Shown: piece by piece, positions 7,096 through 16,193 of the stretch
Layout of the letters: each line of letters opens with the position of its first letter
Position numbering within the stretch: position 1 is the stretch's first letter
Source of the DNA: an uncultured Opitutia bacterium
GTDB lineage: Bacteria > Verrucomicrobiota > Verrucomicrobiia > Opitutales > UBA953
Assembly: GCA_903831005.1 (NCBI GenBank)
Contig: CAIKWA010000158.1
Span: 1-49,928 of the forward strand
DNA length: 49,928 nucleotides
Direction: 5' to 3'
Program-made: the position numbers and the translations under genes
The notes under the pieces: model-generated
Told to the model about the DNA's origin: nothing
What the model saw: only the letters and a program-made list of their open reading frames with translations
Database searches by the model: none

Positions 7096-9414
7096 TCAGC
7101 GCGTTACGGTCACGAAGGCCGACGGGATATTATCACCCGGCACATAGGCGTGCGTCGTGGAAGTCACGCCGTCGACATCGATCCGCACGGTCCCACGGGC
7201 CCCACGCTTGAAGGTCGGCGACCTGACGGTGATATTACCCATTGTATCGGTTCGAGCCATGACCGCCGGGGCGCTGACAATGCCCGAGACGCGAACATAG
7301 ACGATCGCACCTTTCAGAGGATTGCCATACTGATCCTGGACGGACACGGAGGCATTAACGGCATCGCTCACGGAATTAACGCGCATGAAGCTCGCCGAAT
7401 TAAGCGCCAAGGAAAGCGTCTTCGGTTTAATCGGCCCTGCAACATTGACGGTAAGCAGCGTGCTGCTGCTGGCGCCGCGGTCATCCGTCACAGTCAGGAC
7501 CGGCCGGTATATACCGGGAGCACGATAGCGATGGGTGGCGGTCACACCTGACTGGGCGCGCGGATAGACGTCTGCAAAGTTCCACTGGTAGGCAATAATG
7601 AGGCCATCCGGATCGTAAGACTGCGTTGCATTGAAGTTCACGGCGGCGCTTGGCTCGGTCTGATAGTTATAGGAGAGCCCGGTGGAGAATGATGCATCGG
7701 CAACCGGCGGCTTATTACCCGGCTCGATCCAAGTGGCCGTTAATCCGTAGATACCGACGGAGGCATAATCGGTGTAACCATCGGTGACGCCGGTGCCATT
7801 AGCGATACCGTCCAATTGAATGTAGTAAGCCCCCTCCTCCGTCACGGTGAACGTGATCGGGTCGGGAGCCATCTTACCCGCGGTGCCAGCAGCGTCATAA
7901 GTATCCAAGACGGTACCATCGGATTTCAATACTTTGACCTGTAACCGGAGATTAGGCGAAATCAGAACGCCCTTCGGGGTGATGACCAACTTGCCGCGGC
8001 CGGCATTGATCTTGAACATATCGATATCGTTAGCGCCGTTGATCAACCCGCCGCCCGTAATCGTGGTCCCGGTGATGACCCTAGCCGTCGCGGTCGTACC
8101 GCCGTGATCATCCGCAGTGAGCGGAACAAAGCCGCTCATCACCGTGATATCGTCTTGGGGGTTATTTGCGTTGGCGTACTCGCCCTTGGACCACTGAACG
8201 ATATCCTTGTAGTAGCCGACACCCATAATGGGCGCCCAAGAAGTCGCTCCGGTGCCATGGCCAGGGTAATAACCCGCGGCGGGGGTAGTCCCGGCGGCAA
8301 CGGCGCCATCATGGTAAAGACCAACGGTATGACCAATCTCATGGGCACCAGCCTCGGCCATGAATTTGGAGCCAGCGCCCGTACCAGCGTAGACGAAGCA
8401 CGGCACGTCGGTCTGGACAGAAGTGCGGACGCCATTAAACGAGCCGACGTAAGCCTGACCGCCCGAGCCCGTGGCATTCTGGTCGGGGCCGAAGACAACG
8501 CGCATGCCGTAATTAACATCGCCAGTGCTCGCACGCTTCAGCGCCTCATCGCCTGGGTCTTCGGTCGTGACGTCGACGTCAAACTGGGCAAAGTCCTCAG
8601 CGATACTGCGCCAAACATACTGAATCGCGGTATGTTCTGCGTTACTGAAGGCAGCCGTATTGGCATCAAGGGAAAAGGGCGGAGTCGTGAAGGTGGTCTT
8701 GGAAAACGCCGTATTCCAGCTCGTGCCTGTGGTCGTATGGCCGGTGAAATCCAGATAGATTTTCCGGGTCGCAGTCGGACGACTATGGAGGATGAAAGTT
8801 TGCGTATTAGGGTAGCTCGGGGTGGTCGTAACCGCGGTGACGTCCGGCCCAATCGGGGCCTTCAGTCCGTAGCACATGTAAAACGGATTTTGCCCAGAGG
8901 CCGCGATATGAAGATCATGATCGCGGTCGCAGGCCTTGACGAAATCCTCCCGAGGGACACCAGCGACATCCGCCGCCGACTCGCGCTCCGCCACACTGGC
9001 GAGGAAAGCAGGACGATAGAGAGGGGCGGCTCCACTGGCTAAGACGCCATTAGATGCCGTGGCCGTAGTCGTAGTCGACTGAGACGGCGGTTGAGAGGCC
9101 GCCTGCTTCGGAGCGACTGGCTTGGCCGACGATGTCATCGCTTCCGTGACGCCCCCTAACGAGATCGGGCTAGCCTTAGTCGAGTCGACCGAGCGGACGA
9201 CTTGCGCGGAGGCGTCGATCAGTGGCAGCGCGGGAGCGGTCTTTGATTCGGCAGGAACTGGACGGGCGGCGGGCGCGAGATCGACCGCGGCGTATTCGAC
9301 GTAGCTTCCGCTGGTCGGCAGGAAGAACACTGCGCCGGCGGCAACCAGCGCCAAGAGACATGCTGTAATCTTGTATTGGCGGGGAGACATAAGAAAATAG
9401 TGACAACACCTCAT
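7096..9414 (-). CDS. Secreted metzincin (reprolysin/M12B-like) zinc metalloprotease with PKD-like and Ig-like C-terminal domains
   Basis: HEIGHTVGLYHD (HExxHxxGxxHD) at complement 8308-8343. PKD-like segment: YDPDGLIIAYQWNFAD...GIYRPVLTVTDDRGASSSTLLTVNV. N-terminal signal anchor ITACLLALVAAGAVFF; the alternative start is at complement 9390. Confidence 0.8.
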   Translation of the reverse strand: MRCCHYFLMSPRQYKITACLLALVAAGAVFFLPTSGSYVEYAAVDLAPAARPVPAESKTAPALPLIDASAQVVRSVDSTKASPISLGGVTEAMTSSAKPVAPKQAASQPPSQSTTTTATASNGVLASGAAPLYRPAFLASVAERESAADVAGVPREDFVKACDRDHDLHIAASGQNPFYMCYGLKAPIGPDVTAVTTTPSYPNTQTFILHSRPTATRKIYLDFTGHTTTGTSWNTAFSKTTFTTPPFSLDANTAAFSNAEHTAIQYVWRSIAEDFAQFDVDVTTEDPGDEALKRASTGDVNYGMRVVFGPDQNATGSGGQAYVGSFNGVRTSVQTDVPCFVYAGTGAGSKFMAEAGAHEIGHTVGLYHDGAVAAGTTPAAGYYPGHGTGATSWAPIMGVGYYKDIVQWSKGEYANANNPQDDITVMSGFVPLTADDHGGTTATARVITGTTITGGGLINGANDIDMFKINAGRGKLVITPKGVLISPNLRLQVKVLKSDGTVLDTYDAAGTAGKMAPDPITFTVTEEGAYYIQLDGIANGTGVTDGYTDYASVGIYGLTATWIEPGNKPPVADASFSTGLSYNYQTEPSAAVNFNATQSYDPDGLIIAYQWNFADVYPRAQSGVTATHRYRAPGIYRPVLTVTDDRGASSSTLLTVNVAGPIKPKTLSLALNSASFMRVNSVSDAVNASVSVQDQYGNPLKGAIVYVRVSGIVSAPAVMARTDTMGNITVRSPTFKRGARGTVRIDVDGVTSTTHAYVPGDNIPSAFVTVTR

Positions 9415-9469
9415 TCAAAGTCGAGTGGGTTGTTATTGCCAAAAGTAGGGGTTATTGCCCTATCAACTC

Positions 9470-10936
9470 ATGATTTTCCGGTTCCTGCGAATCCTGTCGG
9501 CCTGCCTCGCCTTGGCCTCCCCTCCGACCCTCTTCGCCGCCGAAAAGACCCTTAAAAGCCATCCTAACGTCATCGTCATCCTGGTCGACGACATGGGCCA
9601 GACGGATCTGTCGTGTTACGGAAGCCGTTTCTACGAAACCCCCCACGTCGATCAACTCGCCAAGGACGGTGTGCGCTTTGCGAACGGCTATTCGGCCTGC
9701 ACGGTCTGCTCCCCGACCCGCGCTGCCCTCCTCACGGGGAAATACCCCGCCCGACTGCATCTCACGGACTGGATCACGGGGCACGAACGTCCACATGCGA
9801 AACTGAAGATTCCCGAATGGCGGAAGTTCCTCCCCTTCGAGGAGATCACGCTGGCCGAACAGTTCAAGGCTGCGGGCTATGCGACCGCGAGCATCGGGAA
9901 ATGGCACCTCACGCCCGCGCTCAAGGAAGGCGACGAAGCCTACTATCCCGAAAAGCATGGCTTTGATTTGAACGTCGGCGGCTACGCCCGCGGCCAGCCT
10001 CCCAGCTACGTCTCACCCTACAAGATTCCCACCCTGCCTGAAGGACCGAAAGGCGAATTCCTCACCGACCGCGAAGCCAACGAGGCGGTCAAGTTCATCG
10101 AAGCGAATAAAGATAAGCCTTTCTTCCTCTACCTGCCGCACTACGCCGTCCACACGCCGCTCGACGGCAAGCCGGAGGTCGTCGCTAAATATCAGGCGAA
10201 GGCCGCGAAGACGCCTGACCTGAAGCAGAAGAACCCCACTTATGCGGCACTCGTCGAAAGCGTCGACGACGCCCTGGGCACAATCCGCGCCACGCTCCGG
10301 AAGCTAAAGCTCGAAGAGAACACCATCATCGTCTTCACGAGCGACAACGGCGGCCTGATCCTCCGCAACGACAAGGCGACTGACAACTCGCCCTTCCGCG
10401 TTGGCAAAGGCTCGGCCTATGAAGGCGGCGTCCGCGTGCCGCTCATCGTCTTCTGGCCTGGCGTCAACAAGGCCGGCAACGTCGAAAGCACCCCAGCCAT
10501 CACGGTCGACCTCTACCCCACTCTCCTTGAGATGACGGGCGTGAAGCCGCTGCAATCACTCGTCGACGGCATCAGCCTCGCCCCGCTCCTCAAGACTGGC
10601 GCCAAACCCGACCGCGACGCGATCTTCTGGCACTACCCGCACTACCATCCGGGCGGCGCCACGCCCTATAGCGCCATCCGTAACGGTGACTTCCGGCTCG
10701 TCCATTTTTACGAGGACGGCCGCGATGAGCTCTACGACTTGGCGAACGATATTGGCGAGACCAAGGACCTAGCCGCCACCCAGCCCGAGCGCGCCAAGGC
10801 GCTGCGTACGCGCCTCGATGCCTGGCTGAAGACCGTCGACGCCCAATTGCCTACCGCCAACCCAGCCTATGACCCTGCGGCGGAGAATGCCGGCAAGGCC
10901 AAGGGTAAGCCGGCCGCAAAGAAAGTCGGCGAGTAA
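9470..10936 (+). CDS. Formylglycine-dependent sulfatase
   Basis: ORF 9455..10936 starts at TTG; ATG 9470 gives MIFRFLRILSACLALASP. Motifs: VDDMGQTD and CSPTRAALLTGK. Lys/Ala-rich tail GKAKGKPAAKKVGE. Confidence 0.9.
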   Translation: MIFRFLRILSACLALASPPTLFAAEKTLKSHPNVIVILVDDMGQTDLSCYGSRFYETPHVDQLAKDGVRFANGYSACTVCSPTRAALLTGKYPARLHLTDWITGHERPHAKLKIPEWRKFLPFEEITLAEQFKAAGYATASIGKWHLTPALKEGDEAYYPEKHGFDLNVGGYARGQPPSYVSPYKIPTLPEGPKGEFLTDREANEAVKFIEANKDKPFFLYLPHYAVHTPLDGKPEVVAKYQAKAAKTPDLKQKNPTYAALVESVDDALGTIRATLRKLKLEENTIIVFTSDNGGLILRNDKATDNSPFRVGKGSAYEGGVRVPLIVFWPGVNKAGNVESTPAITVDLYPTLLEMTGVKPLQSLVDGISLAPLLKTGAKPDRDAIFWHYPHYHPGGATPYSAIRNGDFRLVHFYEDGRDELYDLANDIGETKDLAATQPERAKALRTRLDAWLKTVDAQLPTANPAYDPAAENAGKAKGKPAAKKVGE

Positions 10937-10939
10937 GGG

Positions 10940-12511
10940 TTACTTCGCTGCGGGGACTTTCGGGCCGGCCTTCTTGGCCTTACCTTTAGCCTGACTAGGG
11001 CGCCTCTTCTCTCCGGTTGCGTAATCATCGTCGACCGCGGGTACCTTGAGTTCGGCACGCAACTTGGCGAGACGCACTTCCAAGTCGGCTTGCACGCCCT
11101 CATAGCCGGGCTGTCCGAAGAAGCTCTTTAACTCGAGTGGATCCTTCTCGCTATCGAAGAGATCGGTCTTGGTCTCACCGTTACCGTAGTAACGGACGAG
11201 TTTGTAGCGGTCGGTGATGATACCGTAGTGCGGCGCGACATGGTGCGGCTGCGGATACTCGTAATAGTGGTAATAGAACTCCTTACGCCAGTCCGCCGGG
11301 GTCTCGCCCGCGAGGATTGGGGTGAGGCTGCGACCTTGCATCTCAGCGGGCGAAGGCAGGCCGGCCATGGCGAGGAAGGTCTGGGCGTAGTCGACATTGG
11401 AGACGAGCGCCTTGCTGACAGAGCCAGGCTTGGTGACGCCGGGCCAACGGACGAGTAACGGCGTACGGACCGACTCCTCGAAGATCCAGCGCTTGTCGAA
11501 CCACCCGTGCTCGCCGAGATAGAAACCTTGGTCGGCGGAGTAGATGACGATAGTATTTTCGGCGAGACCTTGCTCCTCGAGATACTTGAGCACGCGGCCG
11601 ACGTTATCGTCCACCGCCTTCACGGTGGCGAGGTAGTCATGCATATAGCGCTGGTAGCGCCAGCGAACGAGATCTTTACCCGACAGATTGGCTTTCTGGT
11701 AGGCCGCGTTACGTGGCTCATAATAGGCATCCCAAACGCCGGCCTGCTCGGCATCGAGCTGCGGCGGACGGACGAGTTTCACGTCCTTGGGGGTGATGGT
11801 CTTCTCTAAGGTCATGTCATTCTCGCCGACGGCCTTAGACCGATTGGCGTAGTCATCGAAGAGCGTCGGCGGCTCAGGGTAGACGCGGTCCTTGTCGAAC
11901 CCGAGGTCCTTGATGTTGGGCTCCCACTCGCGGTGCGGCGCCTTATGCTGGCACATGAGCACGAAGGGCTTGGTCTTGTCGCGCTTGCTGATCCAATCGA
12001 GAGAAAGGTCGGTGATGATGTCGGTGACATAGCCCTGGGTCTTCACCATACCCTGGGCGTTCTTCATCGGCGGGTTGTAATAGACGCCCTGCCCCGGCAA
12101 CACCTGCCAGAAATCGAAGCCCGTGGGGTCGCTAATGAGGTGCCACTTGCCGATGATGGCAGTCTGATAGCCGGCCTTCTGGAGCAGCTTCGGGAAGGTG
12201 ACCTGGGAACTATCGAACACCGAATTCGAGTTGTTGTAGAACCCGTTCAGGTGGGAATACTTGCCAGTCAGGATGACCGCACGGCTCGGTCCGCAGATGG
12301 AATTAGTGACCAGGGCCCGATCGAAACGCATGCCTTCCTTGGCGAGGCGATCGATGTTCGGGGTCTGATTCAACTTCCGGGCGTCGCCGTAGGCGCTGAT
12401 GGCCTGATAGGCATGGTCATCGGAGAAGATGAAAACGATGTTCGGCTGCTTGGCCGGAGCGGCAGACAAGAGTCCGCCGACCAGACAGAGAAGAAGTGCC
12501 AGGATGCGCAT
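10940..12511 (-). CDS. Formylglycine-dependent sulfatase (sulfamidase-like, with C-terminal extension)
   Basis: ORF 10940..12559, trimmed to ATG at complement 12509-12511 (MRILALLLCLVGGLLSAAPA). Motifs: FSDDHAYQA and CGPSRAVILTGK. Tail QAKGKAKKAGPKVPAAK. Confidence 0.9.
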   Translation of the reverse strand: MRILALLLCLVGGLLSAAPAKQPNIVFIFSDDHAYQAISAYGDARKLNQTPNIDRLAKEGMRFDRALVTNSICGPSRAVILTGKYSHLNGFYNNSNSVFDSSQVTFPKLLQKAGYQTAIIGKWHLISDPTGFDFWQVLPGQGVYYNPPMKNAQGMVKTQGYVTDIITDLSLDWISKRDKTKPFVLMCQHKAPHREWEPNIKDLGFDKDRVYPEPPTLFDDYANRSKAVGENDMTLEKTITPKDVKLVRPPQLDAEQAGVWDAYYEPRNAAYQKANLSGKDLVRWRYQRYMHDYLATVKAVDDNVGRVLKYLEEQGLAENTIVIYSADQGFYLGEHGWFDKRWIFEESVRTPLLVRWPGVTKPGSVSKALVSNVDYAQTFLAMAGLPSPAEMQGRSLTPILAGETPADWRKEFYYHYYEYPQPHHVAPHYGIITDRYKLVRYYGNGETKTDLFDSEKDPLELKSFFGQPGYEGVQADLEVRLAKLRAELKVPAVDDDYATGEKRRPSQAKGKAKKAGPKVPAAK

Positions 12512-12626
12512 GGGGTTATGAGGATTAATGAGGGCGAGCCCGTATCGGTCAATCGGCAACCTTCATCGATAAAACGGCAGCCTATTACGATTGAAACCTT
12601 CCCATCACGAAACTGTCTCCTTGCTC

Positions 12627-13901
12627 ATGCGCCCGCTGATTCTTGCCTGCCTTTGCTTTTCGTCAGCGATGCTCGCCGTACAAGACCCAACACCCCACCC
12701 AATCAAGAGCAGCCCCAAGGGCCTTCAGGTTCAGATGATTTCCGATGCACTGGAACTAGGCATCCATCACGCTAATCTGAACATCAGGCTCAACGCACTA
12801 CTCTCCCCCGAAAAGGAAGCTAAGCCGGGGCAGCTCACCGCTTCGGCCGACGGCTTCACGTTCGTGCTCAACCAGAAATACGTCGAGGGAATGGATCGTC
12901 AGATCAAGCCCATGAGCGACAAGGGCGTCGTGGTCTCGCTCATCGTCACCACCTCGCGCTCGCCCAACGAACGCATCCGGAAGCTGACCATCCACCCGAA
13001 GGCCGACCCAATCAAAGGCATAACGATGGCCTCCGATACGGTCACTCCCGAAGGCCGCGCTTGCTACAAGGCGCTCACCGAGTTCATCGCCCGACGCTGG
13101 TCCGCCGCCGACGCCAAGCACGGACGCGTCTGGGGCTGGATTGTCGGCAATGAAGTGAACTCCCACAATGAGTGGCATCAGATGGGGCCGGCCAACGTCG
13201 AGGAGGTCGCCCTGCAGTACGAAGACCAAGTCCGCCTTGCCTGGGAATCGCTTCGCCAACATTCGACCAACGCCCGCGTCTATATCTCGATGGAGCACCA
13301 CTGGACAGCCAAGGGTCATAAGGACCCACTCCAGGCCTGCCCAGGTCGCACCCTCCTCGAGCTGTTCGCGAAGCGGGCCCGTGAACGCGGCGACTTCGAC
13401 TGGAACCTGGCCTTCCATCCCTACCCTTCGAATCTGCGCGACCCGCGTACTTGGCTCGACAAAGTGTCGTTCAATGACAACACCCCGAAAGTGACGTTCA
13501 AAAACCTCGAGGTCTTGACCAAGAAACTGGCGACACCCGAAATGCTCTACGCCGGCAAACCCCGACGCCTCAGCTTCACCGAACAAGGCTTCGACGTCAC
13601 CCAGCGCCCCGACGCCTTAGCCGAACAGGCCGCGGCCTACGCCTATGCGTGGGAAAAGGTCATGCGTCTCGGCGAGGCCGTCGACGCCTTTCACTATCAT
13701 CGGCACGTCGACCACTCCCTTGAAAACGGCCTGCGCTTCGGACTCTGGAGCAATAAGCCCGGCACGATCTCGGAACCAGACCAGCAGCGCCCGATCTGGC
13801 ACCTACTCAAAGCTGCCGGTACGCCCGAATGGAAAGCCGCCGCCGAGCCCTACCTGAAGACCTGCGGCCTTAAGAGCTGGGATGAACTGAATCCCAAGTG
13901 A
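12627..13901 (+). CDS. Secreted TIM-barrel glycoside-hydrolase-like protein (clan GH-A-like motifs; DUF5722-like from memory)
   Basis: ORF 12591..13901; ATG 12627 gives signal MRPLILACLCFSSAMLA. WGWIVGNEVNSHNEW is an Asn-Glu acid/base-type motif and LSFTEQGFD is a nucleophile-type Glu motif. Confidence 0.6.
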   Translation: MRPLILACLCFSSAMLAVQDPTPHPIKSSPKGLQVQMISDALELGIHHANLNIRLNALLSPEKEAKPGQLTASADGFTFVLNQKYVEGMDRQIKPMSDKGVVVSLIVTTSRSPNERIRKLTIHPKADPIKGITMASDTVTPEGRACYKALTEFIARRWSAADAKHGRVWGWIVGNEVNSHNEWHQMGPANVEEVALQYEDQVRLAWESLRQHSTNARVYISMEHHWTAKGHKDPLQACPGRTLLELFAKRARERGDFDWNLAFHPYPSNLRDPRTWLDKVSFNDNTPKVTFKNLEVLTKKLATPEMLYAGKPRRLSFTEQGFDVTQRPDALAEQAAAYAYAWEKVMRLGEAVDAFHYHRHVDHSLENGLRFGLWSNKPGTISEPDQQRPIWHLLKAAGTPEWKAAAEPYLKTCGLKSWDELNPK

Positions 13902-13904
13902 CGA

Positions 13905-14012
13905 GCGGTAAGCGGATAGCGGTTGGCGGTTAGGATCATCCGATACCAAAGGTCATGGTATCGCCCCTCTTACTGTTGTGATTCCAACCGCTAACCGCCT
14001 ACCGCTCACCGC
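13905..14012. repeat. Inverted 4+4 array of GCGG(T/A)NN heptads flanking an inner hairpin (structured intergenic element)
   Basis: 13905-13932 reads GCGGTAA GCGGATA GCGGTTG GCGGTTA. The complement of 13985-14012 reads GCGGTGA GCGGTAG GCGGTTA GCGGTTG. Inner hairpin CGATACC-N9-GGTATCG lies at 13941-13963. Confidence 0.6.
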
Positions 14013-14064
14013 CAAGACCTCCTCCATCCTTGCCCCAGCCTTCCTTGCTCCTCCATATAACCCC

Positions 14065-15351
14065 ATGCACGGCTTCGTTATCGGACTCGACCTCGGCACC
14101 TCGGGTGTCCGCGCGGTCGCCGTCGACGCCTCTGGAAAGATTCTCGCCCTAGGCGCAGCGACGCTACCAGCAACCAAGGCCACGGGAGCCCGCCGCGAGC
14201 AGTCTCCTGAAGATTGGTGGAACGGCTGCCGCACGGCCCTCGATGAACTCAGCCTGAATCTCGACCTATCCGCCGCCCGGGCCATCGCGGTCGATGCAAC
14301 CTCCGGCACCATCCTCCCGGTCGATAATCACAACCGACCGCTCGCCGCGGCCCGTATGTATGACGACGCCGACACGGCCGATCTCGCCGCCAAGATCAAA
14401 TCGCTCGCCCCGCATGAAAGCGCGGCCCACGGCGCGACCTCCCCAGCGGCCCGCGCGCTGGCATGGGCCAAACTGCCGCGACTCCATTGCATCATCCACC
14501 AAGCCGATTGGATCAACGGCTGCCTCGGCGCCACGAACTGGCAGACCGACGAGAATAACGCGCTGAAGACGGGTTACGATCCCGTCAGCCGGTGCTGGCC
14601 GGATTGGCTCCGCGACTTCGGACTCTCTCCGGGACTCCTCCCTGAAGTCGTTCCGGTCGGCACACCCATTGGACATGTCTCCGCGCAGGCAGCTATCGCG
14701 CTTGGCATCCCCGAAGGCATCACCATCGCCGCGGGCACGACCGATGGTTGCGCGACGTTCCTGGCCAGCGGCGCGACCGAACCCGGCGAAGCCTCCACGG
14801 CGCTAGGCTCGACCATCGTACTGAAGCTCCTAAGCGACCGTCCGATCTTCGCGCCCGAACTCGGCATCTACAGCCACCGCATCGGCGACACCTGGCTCGC
14901 CGGCGGCGCCTCCAACTGCGGCGGTAAGACGCTCCTGCAGTTCTTCGCAGCCGAACAACTGGCCAACCTCGAACCTTCGCTCAACCCCGCAAAACCAACG
15001 GGCACCGATTACTACCCCTTACCCTCCGTCGGCGAACGCTTCCCGGTCGCCGATGCGAAACTCGCCCCTCGCCTGACACCTCGGCCGTCCTCCGATGCCG
15101 AATTCCTGCAAGGCATCTACGAAGCCTTCGCCCGCATTGAGCAGACGGGCTTCGCAAAGCTCGGTGAACTGGGCGGACCAACATTGCGCAGCGTCCGCCA
15201 CGCCGGCGGCGGCTCGCGCAGCGCCACCTGGATGACCTTGCGTGCGACTGCCCTCGGCGTGCCGCTGACTCCCTCCTGGAGTGATGAAGCCGCCGCCGGG
15301 GCCGCCCGCCTGGCTTGGCGTTCCCTTGGCCACGAGATCGCTTTCGCATGA
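14065..15351 (+). CDS. FGGY-family carbohydrate kinase (xylulokinase/ribulokinase-like)
   Basis: ORF 13978..15351 starts at GTG, but homology begins at ATG 14065: MHGFVIGLDLGTSGVRAVAVDASGKIL. C-terminal motif GGGSRSATWMTLRATALGVPL. Confidence 0.85.
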   Translation: MHGFVIGLDLGTSGVRAVAVDASGKILALGAATLPATKATGARREQSPEDWWNGCRTALDELSLNLDLSAARAIAVDATSGTILPVDNHNRPLAAARMYDDADTADLAAKIKSLAPHESAAHGATSPAARALAWAKLPRLHCIIHQADWINGCLGATNWQTDENNALKTGYDPVSRCWPDWLRDFGLSPGLLPEVVPVGTPIGHVSAQAAIALGIPEGITIAAGTTDGCATFLASGATEPGEASTALGSTIVLKLLSDRPIFAPELGIYSHRIGDTWLAGGASNCGGKTLLQFFAAEQLANLEPSLNPAKPTGTDYYPLPSVGERFPVADAKLAPRLTPRPSSDAEFLQGIYEAFARIEQTGFAKLGELGGPTLRSVRHAGGGSRSATWMTLRATALGVPLTPSWSDEAAAGAARLAWRSLGHEIAFA

Positions 15352-16190
15352 GCACCCTTTCGCCCATCGCCGGACTTTCCGAAATCGCCGGCCAATACGG
15401 CGCCCTACTCGTCGACCAGTTCGGCACGCTGCATGATGGCACCGTCGCTTACCCTCACGCCGCCGAGGCGCTGCGCCGTTTCCGTGAAAACGGAGGCAAG
15501 GTCGCCGTGCTCTCCAACTCCGCCAAGACCGGCACCGATAATATCCTCCGCCTCGCGAAGTTCGGCTTTGGCCCGGAACACTTCGACGTTGTCGTCACGT
15601 CCGGCGACGCCGCCCAAGCCGCGATTCGCTCTGGCTCGCTGGGCGCAGCCTTCGGCCCCGGTGCGAAGGTCCACATCTCCGGCAAGCCCGGCGATGACTA
15701 CGGCTTCGGCAACCTCGGCTTCACCCTCACCTGGCCTGACGAGGCCGACGGCATCATCCTCGCCGCCAGCCAGGAACCCGACCGCAACTGGCGCGAACAG
15801 ATCCGCGACCTCATCCCGGCAGCCAAACGCGGCGCGACCATCGCTGTTTGCAATCCCGACCTCGAGATGCTCACGCCTAAAGGCGTTCGCCCCTCAGCCG
15901 GCGCCATCGCTCTTGAACTCGAACGCAAGGGCGCCGTGCTCCGCTATTTCGGCAAGCCACATATTGACATCTATCGCTCCGCATTGGCCGGCCTCGGCAA
16001 TCCGCCGCCAATCACCGTCCTAGCGATCGGCGATAGCCCAGAGCATGACATCGCTGGGGCCGCCAGCGCTGGCCTCGACAGCGTGCTGCTGCGAACGGGC
16101 ATCCTCAGCGACAAAGATGACGCGTCCTTGCAGGCCCGTATTCCGAAAGGCGCCCGACGCGTCTTCAGCCTCTCCGAACTCCGGTGGTAA
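15348..16190 (+). CDS. HAD-superfamily class IIA hydrolase (TIGR01459-like sugar phosphatase)
   Basis: ATG 15348 overlaps the kinase stop (ATGA). Motifs: LLVDQFGTLHDG, VLSNS and IGDSPEHDIAGA. Confidence 0.8.
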   Translation: MSTLSPIAGLSEIAGQYGALLVDQFGTLHDGTVAYPHAAEALRRFRENGGKVAVLSNSAKTGTDNILRLAKFGFGPEHFDVVVTSGDAAQAAIRSGSLGAAFGPGAKVHISGKPGDDYGFGNLGFTLTWPDEADGIILAASQEPDRNWREQIRDLIPAAKRGATIAVCNPDLEMLTPKGVRPSAGAIALELERKGAVLRYFGKPHIDIYRSALAGLGNPPPITVLAIGDSPEHDIAGAASAGLDSVLLRTGILSDKDDASLQARIPKGARRVFSLSELRW

Positions 16191-16193
16191 GCC

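Noticed and set aside
13905-14012. The heptad arrays as a CRISPR array or a simple terminator.
   Set aside because: The 7-nt period has no spacers, so it is incompatible with CRISPR, and no cas genes are in the window. There is no U-tract after the long stem, so it is not a classical intrinsic terminator.
13978-14064. N-terminal extensions offered by the ORF track. Examples: 13978 for the kinase, 1086 and 28821 for sulfatases, 17969 for the giant protein, 30250 for the lipoprotein, 38065 for menB, 23148 for dnaG.
   Set aside because: Family homology or a signal peptide begins at an internal ATG/GTG in every case. The extensions are non-ATG starts or run through repeats or upstream gene ends.
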